Source: Octopus sinensis
Lineage: Eukaryota
NCBI RefSeq assembly: GCF_006345805.1
Contig: NC_043010.1
Span: 44,578,001 to 44,642,000 of the forward strand
Reading direction: 5' to 3'
Length of the DNA stretch: 64,000 nucleotides
The notes under the pieces are model-generated. The model was not told the DNA's origin. It did not search any database and was given only the letters and a program-made list of their open reading frames with translations. Positions 24,090 through 37,475 of this stretch are shown piece by piece; the stretch's first letter is position 1; each line of letters opens with the position of its first letter. The translations under genes were made by a program, and so were the position numbers.

Positions 24090-25465
24090 TATATACACAC
24101 ACACATATAAACATATGTATATGGTTTCCTCATTTAGTTTTCATTCTTTGTATTTGTTTCTTACCTCTCTTTTGTCAATAAAAGTGATATGAAGAATGGA
24201 GTTTATATATATATATATATATAAATATATATATATATTTATACACACACACACACACACAGATATGCACTGTAAATAGCTGATAAGGTACTGCTTTTAA
24301 TCTGGACATGATTATGAGAGAACAGTTGGTTTTTTGAAAGTCTTTTTGTTGCTATTTGCCACCACATCAAGGATATGTTCTTGTGAATCCAGGTGTCCCA
24401 AGGTAAAATGATCCACCCACTCAAGATAGGACAGAAATTTCTAATACACACACACACACATAATTACCTATCTTCCTCCTCTCTCTTCCTATATATACAT
24501 ATGTGTGTGTACTTTTGTGTTTGTATATGTGTGCGTATATATGCATATACAACACCTGAGACCTATATTTTTGTTATGAATTATTTTCCCTTTTTGCAAA
24601 TGAGAATTAGTGGTGGTGGGGCTAATTGAGCCATTAGAGAACAGAAAGCAGAGAAGTAAAACAAACAAAACAAACAAACAACAAAACATGGCAATGAAAC
24701 AAGTTCTCCCAGAGTGAATGCATCGCTAGTTTAGCTGCCAAGCATCATCAGCTACATATTCCAATAGAGCAAGGACAGAGTGCACATTAATATGTTAATA
24801 TATACAATCACAAGGAGATAGTATTGCATTTTGGGGGAGATGGAAAATATCTGTATATCTGCAGTTTTGTGTTGGTGTGTGTGGCTGTGTATGTGTATGT
24901 TATATATATATATATATATACATATATATATCAAAGATAGTTTGTGCGAGTTACTTTGTATGTTTGAAGTTAAACATGGAAGGACAGGATGAAGAACTTT
25001 AAAAACAGGGATGTAAGTAGCATGCTGAAGCAATGAAAGAAAACAATTTTCTGAAAAGACAAAAACTGATTCTCTATTCAATACACAGCAGGATGAGGGG
25101 AATGCAGAAAGAAAGAAAGAGAGAAGAGAGAGGACAGAGATATGGTGGATGATGAAGAATAAAAGGAAAATGATTGCCACTATACTGAAAGTGGATGATG
25201 TGTAACAAAATCAGCACGTTAAAGTTTTTTAATGCTGAATCCATTAGTCCGTACACTGTCACTTTTGTCTGTTTAATAGTGGACAGTTATATATATGTAT
25301 ATACACACACATATATATAGTTACTCTGTCAGTACATCATTCATTCATAATATTATATACAATATCACTTAGCATGTCCCTTCAGATATGAAGTACAAAG
25401 TTCATAACATTAGCACAGGAATTTTAGAGGCGCTTTACATGAATGAGCATTGGGTTTCAGTTAAG

Positions 25466-25699
25466 TCAAGTCGTTAAAGAGCTGAGTAAATCACTCGGAT
25501 GCCCTGAGCTCGGTGAACATGTGGCAGCTGCAATTTCTCTGTATCTTGTCTCCGTGGGTTGAATATGGCTGCTGCCATTTGCAGCTCCATGTGAATGGTT
25601 TATAGGTGAAGGATCTTTTCGAGGTCCACTGACAAAGACACCTCCTTGGCCACGTTGTCTATTAATGGCATGACGATGCCGCGATTCATATAAGTATTT
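25466..25699 (-). CDS. NFYA: NF-YA A2 (DNA-binding) exon and C-terminus
   Basis: KYLYESRHRHAINRQRGQGGVFVSGPR...LLSSLTT*; tgtag acceptor; TGA at 25468-25466. Confidence 0.93.
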   Translation of the reverse strand, partial: KYLYESRHRHAINRQRGQGGVFVSGPRKDPSPINHSHGAANGSSHIQPTETRYREIAAATCSPSSGHPSDLLSSLTT

Positions 25700-28600
25700 C
25701 TACAAGCAGAAAATGAATGAAAAAGTAAATGAAACATATCATCATTATTAACATCATCATCACTGATATTATAACAAATTATTTCCATAATATCATTAAC
25801 ATTAAGTCTCTTACTGAAAATGCTTTTGGTTGGATTATTTTTTGTATACTGGTTGAGAAAATGATGGATATGCAGTCTGAGAAACTAAGTTTATTTAGAG
25901 AAGACAGAGTGAAATGTTACTGTAGTTGTAAGTTGGGTGAAGATCTTCATGTAGAGAAAATTTAATTAAATTTGTTACTGTGTTTCTAGATTTTGTTTTG
26001 TTAAAATGTATTGTGTATATTAAAATAGTCCCTATGATGACTTATCTACAGATTAATTTAAAACTGCAATGTTTACACTTGCACAGAATCCATTTTCCTT
26101 ACTACTTGCTTGGATATTAACAACAAAGATTTTCAATTACTCTAGTTTTAATTTCCTCTACCCTATTCCTTCAAATTTATGTCCTGTCTACCACTCACTG
26201 TACTCTGTGAATTATCAAGAACTGATTAACTATCTATCATTCTGCATTTAGGAAATCTATCTCAACATACTCTTTTGTAAAGCTATCAGTCTAATGATTT
26301 CATTGGAACAAAACCTGTTTTGGTTGTTGCACTTCTTCCACACTTATATCACGAGTGCAGTAGCCAATTTTTTTGCTGCTTTGAACTACTTGCAACAGTT
26401 ATTATCCTTACTTTCCACTATCACTGAGTAACATTCTAAAAATACCTTATATATATATATATTTCTCTTTAAAAACAAGCCTTTAAACAGCCACCCATTG
26501 GTTCTGTACCTTTAAATTATTTTACCACTGCTGTGTAATTGAGGCAACAGATATCCCCTAACTGCACAACAGCCACTGACCATCACATGCTGGTACTTGA
26601 AGTCAGTTAAATGGTAAGAGTTCTACCAGTTATATGCTGGATAACCCTTGCATCAAATGTGTTTCACTGCAGTAATACTTGCAAGATACCCACCAAGAAA
26701 GCAAAAGGTTTTTATTCATTGCAGACCTGTAAGCTCTGCTGCCTCTTTTGTTCTTTATCAAGTGACTCTCTTACTAACTTTCCAGAACTCTCCAATCTAT
26801 CACCCTTCTACAAGAATTTATCTGAAAATATCCTTGATGTAAATATAGCCACAACAGTTACAATTGGTTTTGCTTCTTCCACAATCTCCGAAATCAATAA
26901 AACTTCCATTAATACCTTTATTTTCCATTCTACCTACCTTACTACCAAATACATACACTTATCAATTCCAAAACAATTCCCCCACTCATGAAACACCGAG
27001 GGAGTCCATAAATGATTACCTGAAATCAAATCTCCTTTGATTCAGATTGTTTGATCTAACCCTTGGTTACATAGTGCAAGGAAAAAAGTGAGATAGTCAT
27101 GGCTAGAATACATTTAATTAGAGGTCTATTTGATGAGGGCTAACCTGGAACTTAAACAGCATTTCTGTTCACTCCAACTAGTTCTGGTATTATCTTCCAT
27201 TATCTTCAAGCACATTCACTTAAAGGTAATGGAAGAAGATAATGTCAGAAGTGAGAGCTTAAAGGTAGATGTCGGAGAACTTGCTCAGATTAGGATAGAT
27301 TCCTGTAGAGAGAAAAGGATTGAAGAATTGGTAAGGATATTTGCTAACTCTGGTGGAGTTATGCAGAGTGTGCTAAGTGAAGCTGGCTGCAAAGAGAGCA
27401 TAAAATATGGAAGCTTTTTCTGAAAGCAGTTCTCAGCTTAACACAATTTTCCATTACAGTCTTCCATGTTCACCATGATACTTACCCGCCTTTCTTTAGG
27501 TATTTTGCCCAAAGCCTCTAGTTTTGCTCTGGCTTGCCGTCTTTTTAAAATTCGATGATACTGTTTAGCATTCACATACAATGGCTCCTCTCCAGTTTCT
27601 CCAGGCTAGAATAAAGACAATAATAATCATAATAGTAAGCTAGAAAATAATAGGCCAGACATAACAATAATAGACAAGGAAAAGCGAAGTTGCCTACTAA
27701 TTGATCCATCTTGTCTGTCTGATTTCAGGATCGTAAAGAAAGAAGACAGAAAACAAAAATACAATCCCTTCCAAGTACTAGAGTGGTACTTTTATTTTAT
27801 TGAGCCTGAAGGGGTTAAAGGCAAGATTGACCACAGCAGGATTTGAACTCATAATGTAAAGAGCCAGAATAAATACTGCAAGGCATTTTGTCTAATGTTC
27901 CAGTGATTCTGCTAAGCTATTGCTCTTTAATCCATTAGCATTTAAACTGGCCATATCCGGCCAAAAGTATTCTGCCTGTTTTATGTTCAAACTGGCCAGA
28001 TCTGGTCTCTCACATCAATCCTACAATATCGTTTTAAAAATTAATGGCTACCTCATCAAAATCTCATAGCTACGAGATAATGCATGATTAGTTCAAAACA
28101 ATGTGGATGAAAAAAGCATTAATTTTGGCAGAATAATACGAACACTAAAGGGTTAATAATTGTGTCTGAAGTAAGCACAAAGCCAGCAATTTGAGGCAAG
28201 GGGTTTAGTTGAGTACATCATCATCAATGGAATGAAAAGCAGAGTTGGCCTCTGCAAGATTTGAATTGAAAATATAAAGAACAAATGCTGAGGGGTGCAT
28301 TTTGTTCAAAGCTTTAATAATTCTGTCATTCCAACCCCTTGTTGTTGTTACTGTTGATGACAATGATAAGTGTTTCTAAAGTAGACCAAAGCCTCAAATT
28401 AGAGGGAAGGAGTAGTCAATTGGCTCCAGTACTTGAAAGGCAAAGTTGATCCTGATGGGTTTGAACTCAGACTGTGAAGAACTAGAATAATATCCTGACA
28501 ATTCTGCTAATTCTTCAGCTTAAGATCTGTGATATATTTAATCTGATGTTGTAACATTTTGCCATTCCACTGTTTTCACTTTATACTGGAAATGATTTTT

Positions 28601-30075
28601 TCAAAAAGTTTTGGCACAGTCACAAACATGTAGAGGAAAGTATAGTCAAATGAATTAACATCAAGATCTGAAATCACAATATAATGATACAGAACTAAAT
28701 ATCACAACAAGGCATTTAGTATACACTGTGTCGATTCTATCACTTGACTTACCTTAAAATAAAAGCAAATAGACAGAAAATATAACCCTGGCATTTTAAA
28801 GCAACAAATTTGAATAGATCAACCAAACATACAGAAGCAAGACAAAAGTTTCTGATACTTACACTGACCATAGGTAGCTGTTGACCAGCTATCTGCTGCG
28901 TTGGTAAATTTATCACTTGAATACCTTCAATATAATAAATTATTAATAACCATTAATCATTGATGACAAATTATGAAACAGGTCTTCTCTCTGGTTAATT
29001 ATTAAACAATGGGCATTCAGCTCAACCAAACTCTATGTACTTAGTTCTCTTTACTAATGTGGTGTCTTCATCAGATTCTCAGTCTGGCTCTGTGCGACCA
29101 CATCTCAAATAACACATGAGAACAAAGTCAGCAGCAGCTGATCATTGAAGATCAAGTTTGGCAGTGCAGGCTACAGTGGTTTGGCCACATACATTTGCAG
29201 GATGATCGCTGGAAGATTACTACACTAACTTTTGTGGTAGCAGCTAATCAAGCACTGGTGAATCTGGCACAGTGCACCAAAAAAGAGATGGGCGAAACAA
29301 ATTGAGGAAGACCTGAAGTAACAGTGCCTCAACTTCAAGCATGCTAAGGCCAGTACCATGGATTGGAAAGCATAGAATAACATCATCACCAGAGTCTACC
29401 ACAGCAGCATATTGGCTGAGATGACAGCCTCCCTTTCTGGTTGCCAGCTAGAGATTTTAATTACATGTATTCACTTTGCATGCTTAATCAGTCAGCTCTT
29501 TACAGTATTAACTAATATCTAAAATGACCGCTATCCACTGTCATATTTAAATGTCTATGCCAGATAGATCAATCATGGATACAATTAAAAGAGCACATGT
29601 GCCTTATTTCTTAGAAATATTGTTTTCAGTTAACCAACAATCTTGGCAATGTAAAATCAGATTACCAGTGACAAAGATGAAGATTCCAAGAGAATCTTGC
29701 TAAGCCATTCCATCTTGATTGGATGTGTCAAAGGGAATTCCAAGAATATGAAGAAATTTTAACATGTAATATTTAACATTGTACCTTTGTAAGCACCAAT
29801 TTTGAGATTGATAAAGAACTATAAACCTGACAGAACTCACATTGTGTGTCTATTGCTTTCTAGGTACTGGATTACTGATTATATCACTGACGTTGCATTG
29901 CATTCCTTCTTAAATTAGGTCTACAAATGTTTATCCAATTTAACTGAAGGTTTATATTTTACCTGTTTCATGGGTTACAAGCTGTCACAGGCTTTTTACT
30001 ACTTTGATTCAATGAATGAATGAAAATTAACACACATAATATCAGCAATTTATTCATATTTCTAGTAGTAATTTC

Positions 30076-30116
<41 letters not shown>

Positions 30117-33059
30117 TCATATAGTGTCTACTTTCCATGCTGGCATGGGTTAGATGGTTTGACTAGAAATGGTAAGCCAGAGAGTTGCACCAGGTTCCTG
30201 TCTGATGTAGCATGGTTTCTACAGCTGAATGCTCTTCCACTCGAAGAGTGTAATGGGTGCTTTTATAAGCCTCAAGCACAGGTGCCAGTTATGTGACAAT
30301 GGCATTGGTCAAGACTATGATTTTATTTGGCTTGACAAGTCTTCTCAAGCACACCATATCGTCAAAGGTCTCAGTCACTTCTCATCACCTCCATAAGGCC
30401 CAACATTCAAAGATCATGCTTCACCACCTTGTCCCATGTACTTCCTGGGTCTATCTCTCCTACAAGCTCCCTCCACAGTTAGAGATTGGCACTTCTTTAC
30501 ACAGTTGTCCTTGTCCATAAGCATTGCATGACCATATCAGTGCAGTGGTCTCTCTTGCACACCACATCTGTGGCCTCTCATGCCCAATTTTTCTCTCAAG
30601 GCACTTACACTCTGTTGTACATGCACATTGACATTGCACATCCAGCAGAATATGCTGGTTTCATTTCTTTCAAGCTTACACATGTCTTCAGCAGTCACAG
30701 CCTATGTTTCACTGCCATATTGCTTGGTTGTTCACACACAGGCATCACTAGTGTTGCTATCATCCCTCTCCCTAATGTTGCTACTTCTACTACTCATTAT
30801 TATTATTATTAATATTGTTAATAATGAGCTATAAGTCTAATATTTAATTTGCTAATTTTACTCTCAAATTGTTCTGTAATCCTTAGAATAAGGTTAATTT
30901 ATGTAAGAGTTTATATTTAATTACTCTATAGACTTGCTATAGTTTATTTGATTTCAATTCTAATTTTAATATTATATATTATGCAATTACTCTGTTTGCT
31001 TCCTCTACTTTATGGTTTGGCTCTACTAATTACTTCTCAGGTAATTTTATATTCTTTATTATTATCTTTTAAGGACCAAATTAATTTACTTAAGCTTGTG
31101 TTATTCCCTCTTTTGCAGACTCTAAATGAGTTATCAAGACTGGCAATTATTTTTATACATGTTTTGCAAACACCGAGATAATAAAATATCTGAACTTTAA
31201 GTGGATTTGATAGATGGAGACTGAAAGAAGCCTGTCGTGTCTATGTGTGTGTAGCTTTGTGTCTGTGTTTGTCACTTACCACTGCTTGATAACTGGTGTT
31301 GGTGTGTTTATGCCCCCATAACTTAGCAGTTTGGCAAAAGATGCTGACAGAATAAGTGCCAGACTTAACAAACAAAAAAAAATTCCTCAAGGCAATGCCC
31401 CAGGATGGCTGCAGACTAGTGACTGAAACAAGTCAAAGATGAACAAAAAAACTGCTTACCCTGAGGTAACTGTACAGGTTTATTATTGGAGTCTACCAAA
31501 ACGAGAGATGGCTGTCCATTAACATTAACTTGGTTTAGAAACAACATTTGTGGTAAACCGGAACCAGCAACGTTGGAGACATTGTTCTGAACAACAGATT
31601 GAGCCTGGATGACATTGCTTCCTTGTTGTGACTGCTGTTGGACTATTGCTTGTTGAACTTGAACATTCTGCATCTGCACTCCATTACTTGATTGCACTAC
31701 CAAAGGCACAGCTGTGTTGGCGATGGCAGTCTGGGAAGACGCAGGAGTGGCAACATATGTTGAATTCGGTATAGTGGTGTAGACAGCATTTTGAGACTCT
31801 GTTACCTGATTCAAACAAAATAAAACAAATTTAATGGTGTTCCTTTTTTCCTTCCTATTTCAGCAGTGATCATCCTGTTTTTCATTCAGACACGGTATAT
31901 CTAAGACTACATGATCTGATACATACTTAACGTATTGAAACAGAGACCTGGCTGCTGTTTTCTAGTTAGATGAAACTATAAAGAGGCTTACTCATTGGCT
32001 TTTAATAGAACAGTTATCATATTACCCTTTCATTACCATATTTCTGCTGAAATATTCAATCTTTGCTTCAATTAATTTTTAAAATACAAATTTTATAAAA
32101 TAATTTTGTCAATATTAAACCGGTGCTTGGAACTTAAATTAGCATGAAATTTTAAAGGAAGATTTGAATTTAGATCACTTTAAAACAGGATGTTTGTGTC
32201 CTAGAACCAGGGGTGGTCTTAGGCAGGTTGGTAAGAAAGGATTAACTAATGAAAGAGCCTTTCTCTGATCAGCTATTCTACTAGAAATAACAATGAAATC
32301 TCATGTAGTAGAATGAAAGCATTGGCACACTATGCTTAAAATAAAAGATGGGATGGTCATTGCTAGAATGCCCTTGATGAAAGCTGATCTGAAGCAACAC
32401 AATAACAATGTATGCACCAAACCATTCTATGTGGTCAAACAGGAAAGAAAATATAAGACAATGTGGTGTGGTGGGTTTATTAACACATACCTAGTGTTGA
32501 ATTGGAGTTTAACATAACTCCAGTATAAAGCAGTACCATCAGGGAAAATGGAAGTTTGCATGTAGATTGTCATAGTACAAATTGGATTTATGAAGTATAC
32601 TCTAATTCTGAATCTACATCGCAGATAGTCAGAAGAAAGTTGAAAGAATTAAACTCTACTATTGAAGTCAAATACATAAGATTAACCCTTTATCATTCAG
32701 ATTTCTTTGTCAAATGTACTGCTTATTTATTCACATTGTTTTGAATTAATCACACATTATCTTGTAGCTTCAAGATTTCAGTGGTGTGTTGGTATATTTT
32801 CAGGGTAGTTGTGAGAGAGGCTAGATCTGGTCAGTTTCAACACAAAACAGAAAACTAGTAATGAGAGAGAGAGAGAGAGATGGAAAGCAATACTTACATG
32901 TACTATTTCTGCTGCCTGTGTTTGATTCAGACTAGTTAGTGGGGTACCATCTGGAGTAATATATTGAATACTAGAATGTCCTTCTTCTGGGTTGACAGTC
33001 ACAGTTAATGGCTGATGCGTGTCTGAGTCAAATACTGTGTAGGTTTCACCTTCTGCCAT
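25466..33059 (-). CDS. NFYA: Nuclear transcription factor Y subunit alpha (NF-YA/CBF-B/HAP2 family), about 307 aa; exons 33059-32898, 31805-31460, 28924-28863, 27605-27486, 25699-25466
   Basis: Q/V-rich activation region followed by EEPLYVNAKQYHRILKRRQARAKLEALGKIPKERR|KYLYESRHRHAINRQRGQGGVF, the NF-YA core domain. All junctions are GT-AG and in phase. Confidence 0.93.
27486..27605 (-). CDS. NFYA: NF-YA A1 (subunit-association) helix exon
   Basis: PGETGEEPLYVNAKQYHRILKRRQARAKLEALGKIPKERR. Confidence 0.96.
27928..28155. mobile_element. TTAA-flanked piggyBac-type MITE (about 220 bp); relatives at about 32684-32850, 54079-54290, 61601-61765
   Basis: TTAAtccattag...ctaaagggTTAA ends; shared internal ttttgaattaatcatgcattatctc and gccagatctgg. 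Confidence 0.65.
28863..28924 (-). CDS. NFYA: NF-YA short exon (GIQVINLPTQQIAGQQLPMVS)
   Basis: 62 nt, bridges phase 1 to phase 0, GTAAGT donor. Confidence 0.8.
30290..30760 (-). mobile_element. RTE LINE C-terminal fragment
   Basis: Minus-strand RPLH*YGHAMLMDKDNCVKKCQSLTVEGACRRDRPRK, attached to the RTE tail at 30115-30290. Confidence 0.75.
31460..31805 (-). CDS. NFYA: NF-YA Q-rich exon (VTESQNAVYTT...NKPVQLPQ)
   Basis: Q/V/S/T-rich open frame, cag acceptor, GTAAGC donor. Confidence 0.88.
32022..32245. mobile_element. MITE sharing both ends with the piggyBac element at 61884-62916
   Basis: ccctttcattaccatatttctg... and ...aggcaggttggtaagaaaggattaa match the two termini of the larger element. 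Confidence 0.7.
32898..33059 (-). CDS. NFYA: NF-YA first coding exon (MAEGETYTVF...QAAEIVH)
   Basis: Acceptor 2 nt before the ATG (ttag|ctATG), GTAAGT donor, 54 codons. Confidence 0.8.
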
Positions 33060-34302
33060 AGCTAATTACAAAACAAAATTAATGTAAAGACATATTTCTC
33101 TTTTTTTTTTACTCATTCCTAGTTAATATTAGTAGTAAAAAATGTTTTAATGATACAAGGCCACATAATTTGGACAAGGAACCTCTTGACTAAATTAGTC
33201 CAACTACATTTCTAACTCCAGAAGGATAAAAGTTAAAGCTAACCGTAAGCAATTTGAACACAGAATATAAAAGGGTGTGAGTGAAGTATTTAACTGATTT
33301 TTCGACTAACCAAGCTAATAATAATCCTTTCTACTATAGGAACATGGCCTGAAATTTTTAGGGGATGATGTAAGTTGACTACATTGACCTCCAACACTTA
33401 ACTGATACTTATTTTATTGATGCTGAAAAGATGAAAGGCAAAGCCAACCTTGGTAGAATTTGAACCAAGAACATAAAGATGGACAAAATGCCATGAAGCA
33501 TTTTGTCTGGCATATCATTGATCCTGACAGATCACCAGTTTTATAATAATAATAATCCTTTCTAATATAGGCACAAGACCTACAATTTTGGGGGATGGGA
33601 CTAGTTGATTACATTGACCTCAGTGTTTAACAGGTACTTATTTTATCGACTCCGAAAGGATAAATACCCTGATGCAATACTAGGTGCTGACTTTCATGGC
33701 TTCTGATCTTAACTGATTGGAAATGTTATTATGTACATGTTTTGTCTTGGTGTAAAAGATGGGCTACAGCAAATATTCTGCTCAATACCACAGATTTGCT
33801 TGTCAGTTGTTTGACCGCAACAAGTTGAGCATGTCCTTTGGTGGCTGACGATATGTGCATCTCTGATCATGAACTGAAGTAGTGGGGAAGCATCATAGTC
33901 TTGTGTTGAGAGGAATTCTTTGGGGTTTGAATAATTCAACATCCTTAAACAATCTTGTTTAGGGACCTTTTAAGTAGGATTGGCTACTTGATATGAATCT
34001 AACTGGGCCCCACCTGCAAGGTCATGCCCTGATTATCTTCATATGAGATCACCATGTCACATACATATGGTTGCGATGCATGTGCCTGATGTACCCTTAC
34101 CAGACGGATAATCATGAAGGGTACATTGGGCTTCATAATAATGGTTTCTGATTTAAGCACAAGGCCAGTAATTCTGAGGGGAGGGGTTAATCAATATCAT
34201 CAAACCCAATACTTGATTGGTACTTTATTTTAAAGACCTTGAAATTGAACTCAGAAAGTGAAAAGCTGAAATAAACAACACAAGGTATTTTGTTTGACTG
34301 TC

Positions 34303-34385
34303 TAATGATTTTCGTCAATTCTATATCCTTATATCTCTAATTTAATGATTTTTGTCAATTCTATATCCTTATATCTCTAATTTAA
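34303..34385. repeat. About 40-bp tandem duplication
   Basis: taatgattttt(c)gtcaattctatatccttatatctctaatt occurs twice. Confidence 0.9.
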
Positions 34386-35149
34386 GCACAAGTTCAGAAG
34401 TTTTGAGGGGAGGGGAGTTAGTTAATTACATCAATGTCAATACATCTGAGTGGATTTGGTAGACGGAAACTGAAAGAAGCCTGTCATTATATATGCGTTT
34501 TGAGTATACGTATGGGTGTTTGTGTATACGCTTGTCTAGAAATCATGTGATGGTTGTAAATGAGCATCATCATCACACAAGCGAAGTGGTTCGTTTTTAG
34601 TTTTCCCTGAAAAACATGTCTAGCTATGGAGAAAAATCTTGCTTGGAAATAGATGAGGTTGGCAACAGGAAGAGTATCCAGTCATAGAATACTGCCTTAA
34701 GTTTTATCCAACCCATGACAACATGGGAAAAAATGAACATGGATAAAGTTGATAAAGATGATATAATATGCTGTTTTGAAAACATGACTATTCAGTTTAA
34801 TCATTTCTATTTATTATTTTTGCCTAATTTCTAATGAGTATTTCACAGTATGCTTGGGCCTATCAGCATTTCTTGGCCTTCAGTTTTATCTGCTTGATAT
34901 TGGCATGTATCAGTGCGATTAGCTCACCAAGCATTTACGACATGGAGCAATTGCAATGCACTTCATTGTAGATCAAGAAACAAAATTTAATGGGAAAACA
35001 TTAGCAAACAATACATCCATCTTGTATACTATTCTCTAATAAAAGTAGATGTAATGTTAATACCCCACAAAATTGGAAGTAATAGTAACAGCACAACACA
35101 ACAGTAATATACACCAGTCACAAACAGAAAACACTCCTTTATTTGTTAA

Positions 35150-35590
35150 AAAGTGTTCCGGGAAGGTAAAAGTTATGCTGCAGTAGGTTGCGATTACGTT
35201 ATCAATGACAGCACCAAATGCTACATAAAGAAGAATGAGGTGGCAATCAGGACTACCATAGCAGTAAGTTTCTGTGAAAGTGCCAAAAAGATAACGATAG
35301 TTAGAAATAAGCTCTTCGTCAGGATGGAATCTGCCTTGGCATTGTGGATCAGTGACTGCAAGAAGAAAAACATCCTTTTGAGCAGTAACATCATCCGCGA
35401 GAAGGCACAGAAATTACACCAGCAAATTGACAGAGGAGATGGAGCAGAAGGCCCCGAAGAACCACAACCAAGACCATTGACAGCACCGGAGCCCAAAGAT
35501 TTTTAAACCAGCAAGGGATGGGTTGACCATTTCCAGAAATGGTTTAAAATAAACTGTGTTTCTCTGCACGGAGAGACAGGGTTGCAAAAT
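35150..35590 (+). mobile_element. Tigger/pogo (CENP-B-type HTH) transposase fragment
   Basis: MESALALWISDCKKKNILLSSNIIREKAQKLHQQ, then after a break SKGWVDHFQK...SLHGE. Confidence 0.85.
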
Positions 35591-36001
35591 TGAAGTGACA
35601 TCTTGGTGTTGTAGAGGTAAATATGCCACACAAACATGGTTCCAATCCCAGTAGTTGGTTTGATGACAATATCATCTTGGCATTGCATGTTGCAGAGGAT
35701 GGAGAGCTAGGCTCTAGTGAAATTCAGTTGTAGGAAAAGTTTTCAAAAGCCAAAGCAGTTCACTGTGTAGTAGCAAACGTGACAAACAAGTCCTAGGTGC
35801 TGAACTCAACAACCTAAGAACAATCCTGGTTGTTTGTTACTGTTGGCATGCCATGCAAAAAAGTGCACAATTTAGTGTGGCTCAGACACCAATTGAAATG
35901 AGCTTAGATCTGAACTTGTCATGGGAGGGAGTGAAAGATACAAAATGTAGATCTCTACTAAAGAGAAAGCATTGAACTTTCAGGAGAAGACGGACAGCGC
36001 A

Positions 36002-36101
36002 GGTAAAGTGACAACAGTGTGTAGCTGTGTGATGAAATAGAGACAGACAGGGGGGGAGGGGGTAAAGTGACAACAGTGTGTAGCTGTGTGATGAGATAGA
36101 G
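36002..36101. repeat. About 59-bp-period direct duplication
   Basis: ggtaaagtgacaacagtgtgtagctgtgtgatga(a/g)atagaga occurs twice. Confidence 0.9.
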
Positions 36102-37475
36102 AGGTTTTGTAAGTGGGTCAGTAAGAAGGAATGGTAGTGAGATGAGCAGGTAGCATTAGGGGGAGTTGGTGAACGAGTATGGAGGTGTGGGATGGTTGTT
36201 TGAGGCTGAGAAGAATAGGCAAAAGCAAGATGAGGGTAGTGGAAGGTTCAGGTGCTTTTATGTAGGATGGAGTGGAGGAGTGTGTGGCATTTGTGGTTCT
36301 TTGTGTGAGCAAGGAAATCAAAGAGTAGGCAACTGATAAAAGTGAAAACAGGTAAAACTAAATGAATAAAATATTGCAAACTTCTGGTTTCTTTTGGGTA
36401 CTCCCTTGTATTTGTCATTCACTTACATGATCATCCAGTTTCTTTCCTATAAGTTGCAATTCTTCCCACTCTTTTTCTACCCTCTTCCCTCCTATACCTC
36501 TTCTTTTTCTTTGTCTCTCCTTTCTTACTTCACCTCAATATACCTAATCTCCTATTCTTCTTTTGTGGCTGACAGCTTCACCTTAATTCCTCACTTCCAT
36601 CTCCCTAACTGCCTCCAACCATCCTTACATCTCTCTCAACTTCTCTCTTCTGAAACCCATTTCTCCCATGTTGTCATTTTCCTCAGCTGCTGTTTCTACC
36701 ACTTCATCCTCCAAGGTTTCCATTTACATTTCCTCCCCCACATCATACACCACACTTTTCTTAGATCCTATTCTTCGCAATTTCTTGTCTTCTCGTGCAC
36801 ACCACCACCCATTCCATCTTTTCTCAAAATACACTTCTGACTACAATCTTCAAAATAATGGGTTAATTACGTTAAGTTTTATTTGTGAAATATGATTGCT
36901 TTGAATTTACTGCATAAAGTAGTTTATGTTTGTGGTGATGAAAATGGAGGGTACTAGGAATGTGGCCTGGGCACCAAAAGGGTGGCAGGCTGAAAAAAAT
37001 TGGGAGCCATGCTCTAATTTATGCCTTCAAATCAGAACCTGAGTACTGTGTGCCAAGAGAGATTGGTCATCTCAGCTATATCTTCTAGGGTATACAACTG
37101 ACACCAAATACTTCAAGAGGTTAAATAATGTCACCACAAATAAAATGTAATCACATCTCTACTGCAAGCTAATCATGAGAATGAAAAGCTGATCTCTCCC
37201 AACTACAAAATTCATCACATTGACATTCCAGCAAGTGCCAGTTTAATCATCAGCTGGATATTTGATATGCTATCTTTACTAGTCATAAATGTCATTTTGT
37301 GTCTGAAAGGCACCGTCATTATGCTTCCAATGTACGTAATTGTTTGTCACACCAAAACACCAATTCTATAAGATAATTTATATTGGCTCATTACATTTGG
37401 ACTTGTTTTAACAATGACATTGAAAGTGATTCAAGAACTGTTAAAGAACCCACGTGATAAAGATTATAGTAAATA

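Noticed and set aside
25191-25244. Box C/D snoRNA-like TGGATGATG...CTGAATCCA
   Set aside because: Imperfect C box, too short, and antisense to the NF-YA 3' region rather than in a host intron.
36100-36895. Long ORFs in purine/pyrimidine-skewed sequence
   Set aside because: Compositional bias explains the lack of stops; no recognisable domain or splice structure.
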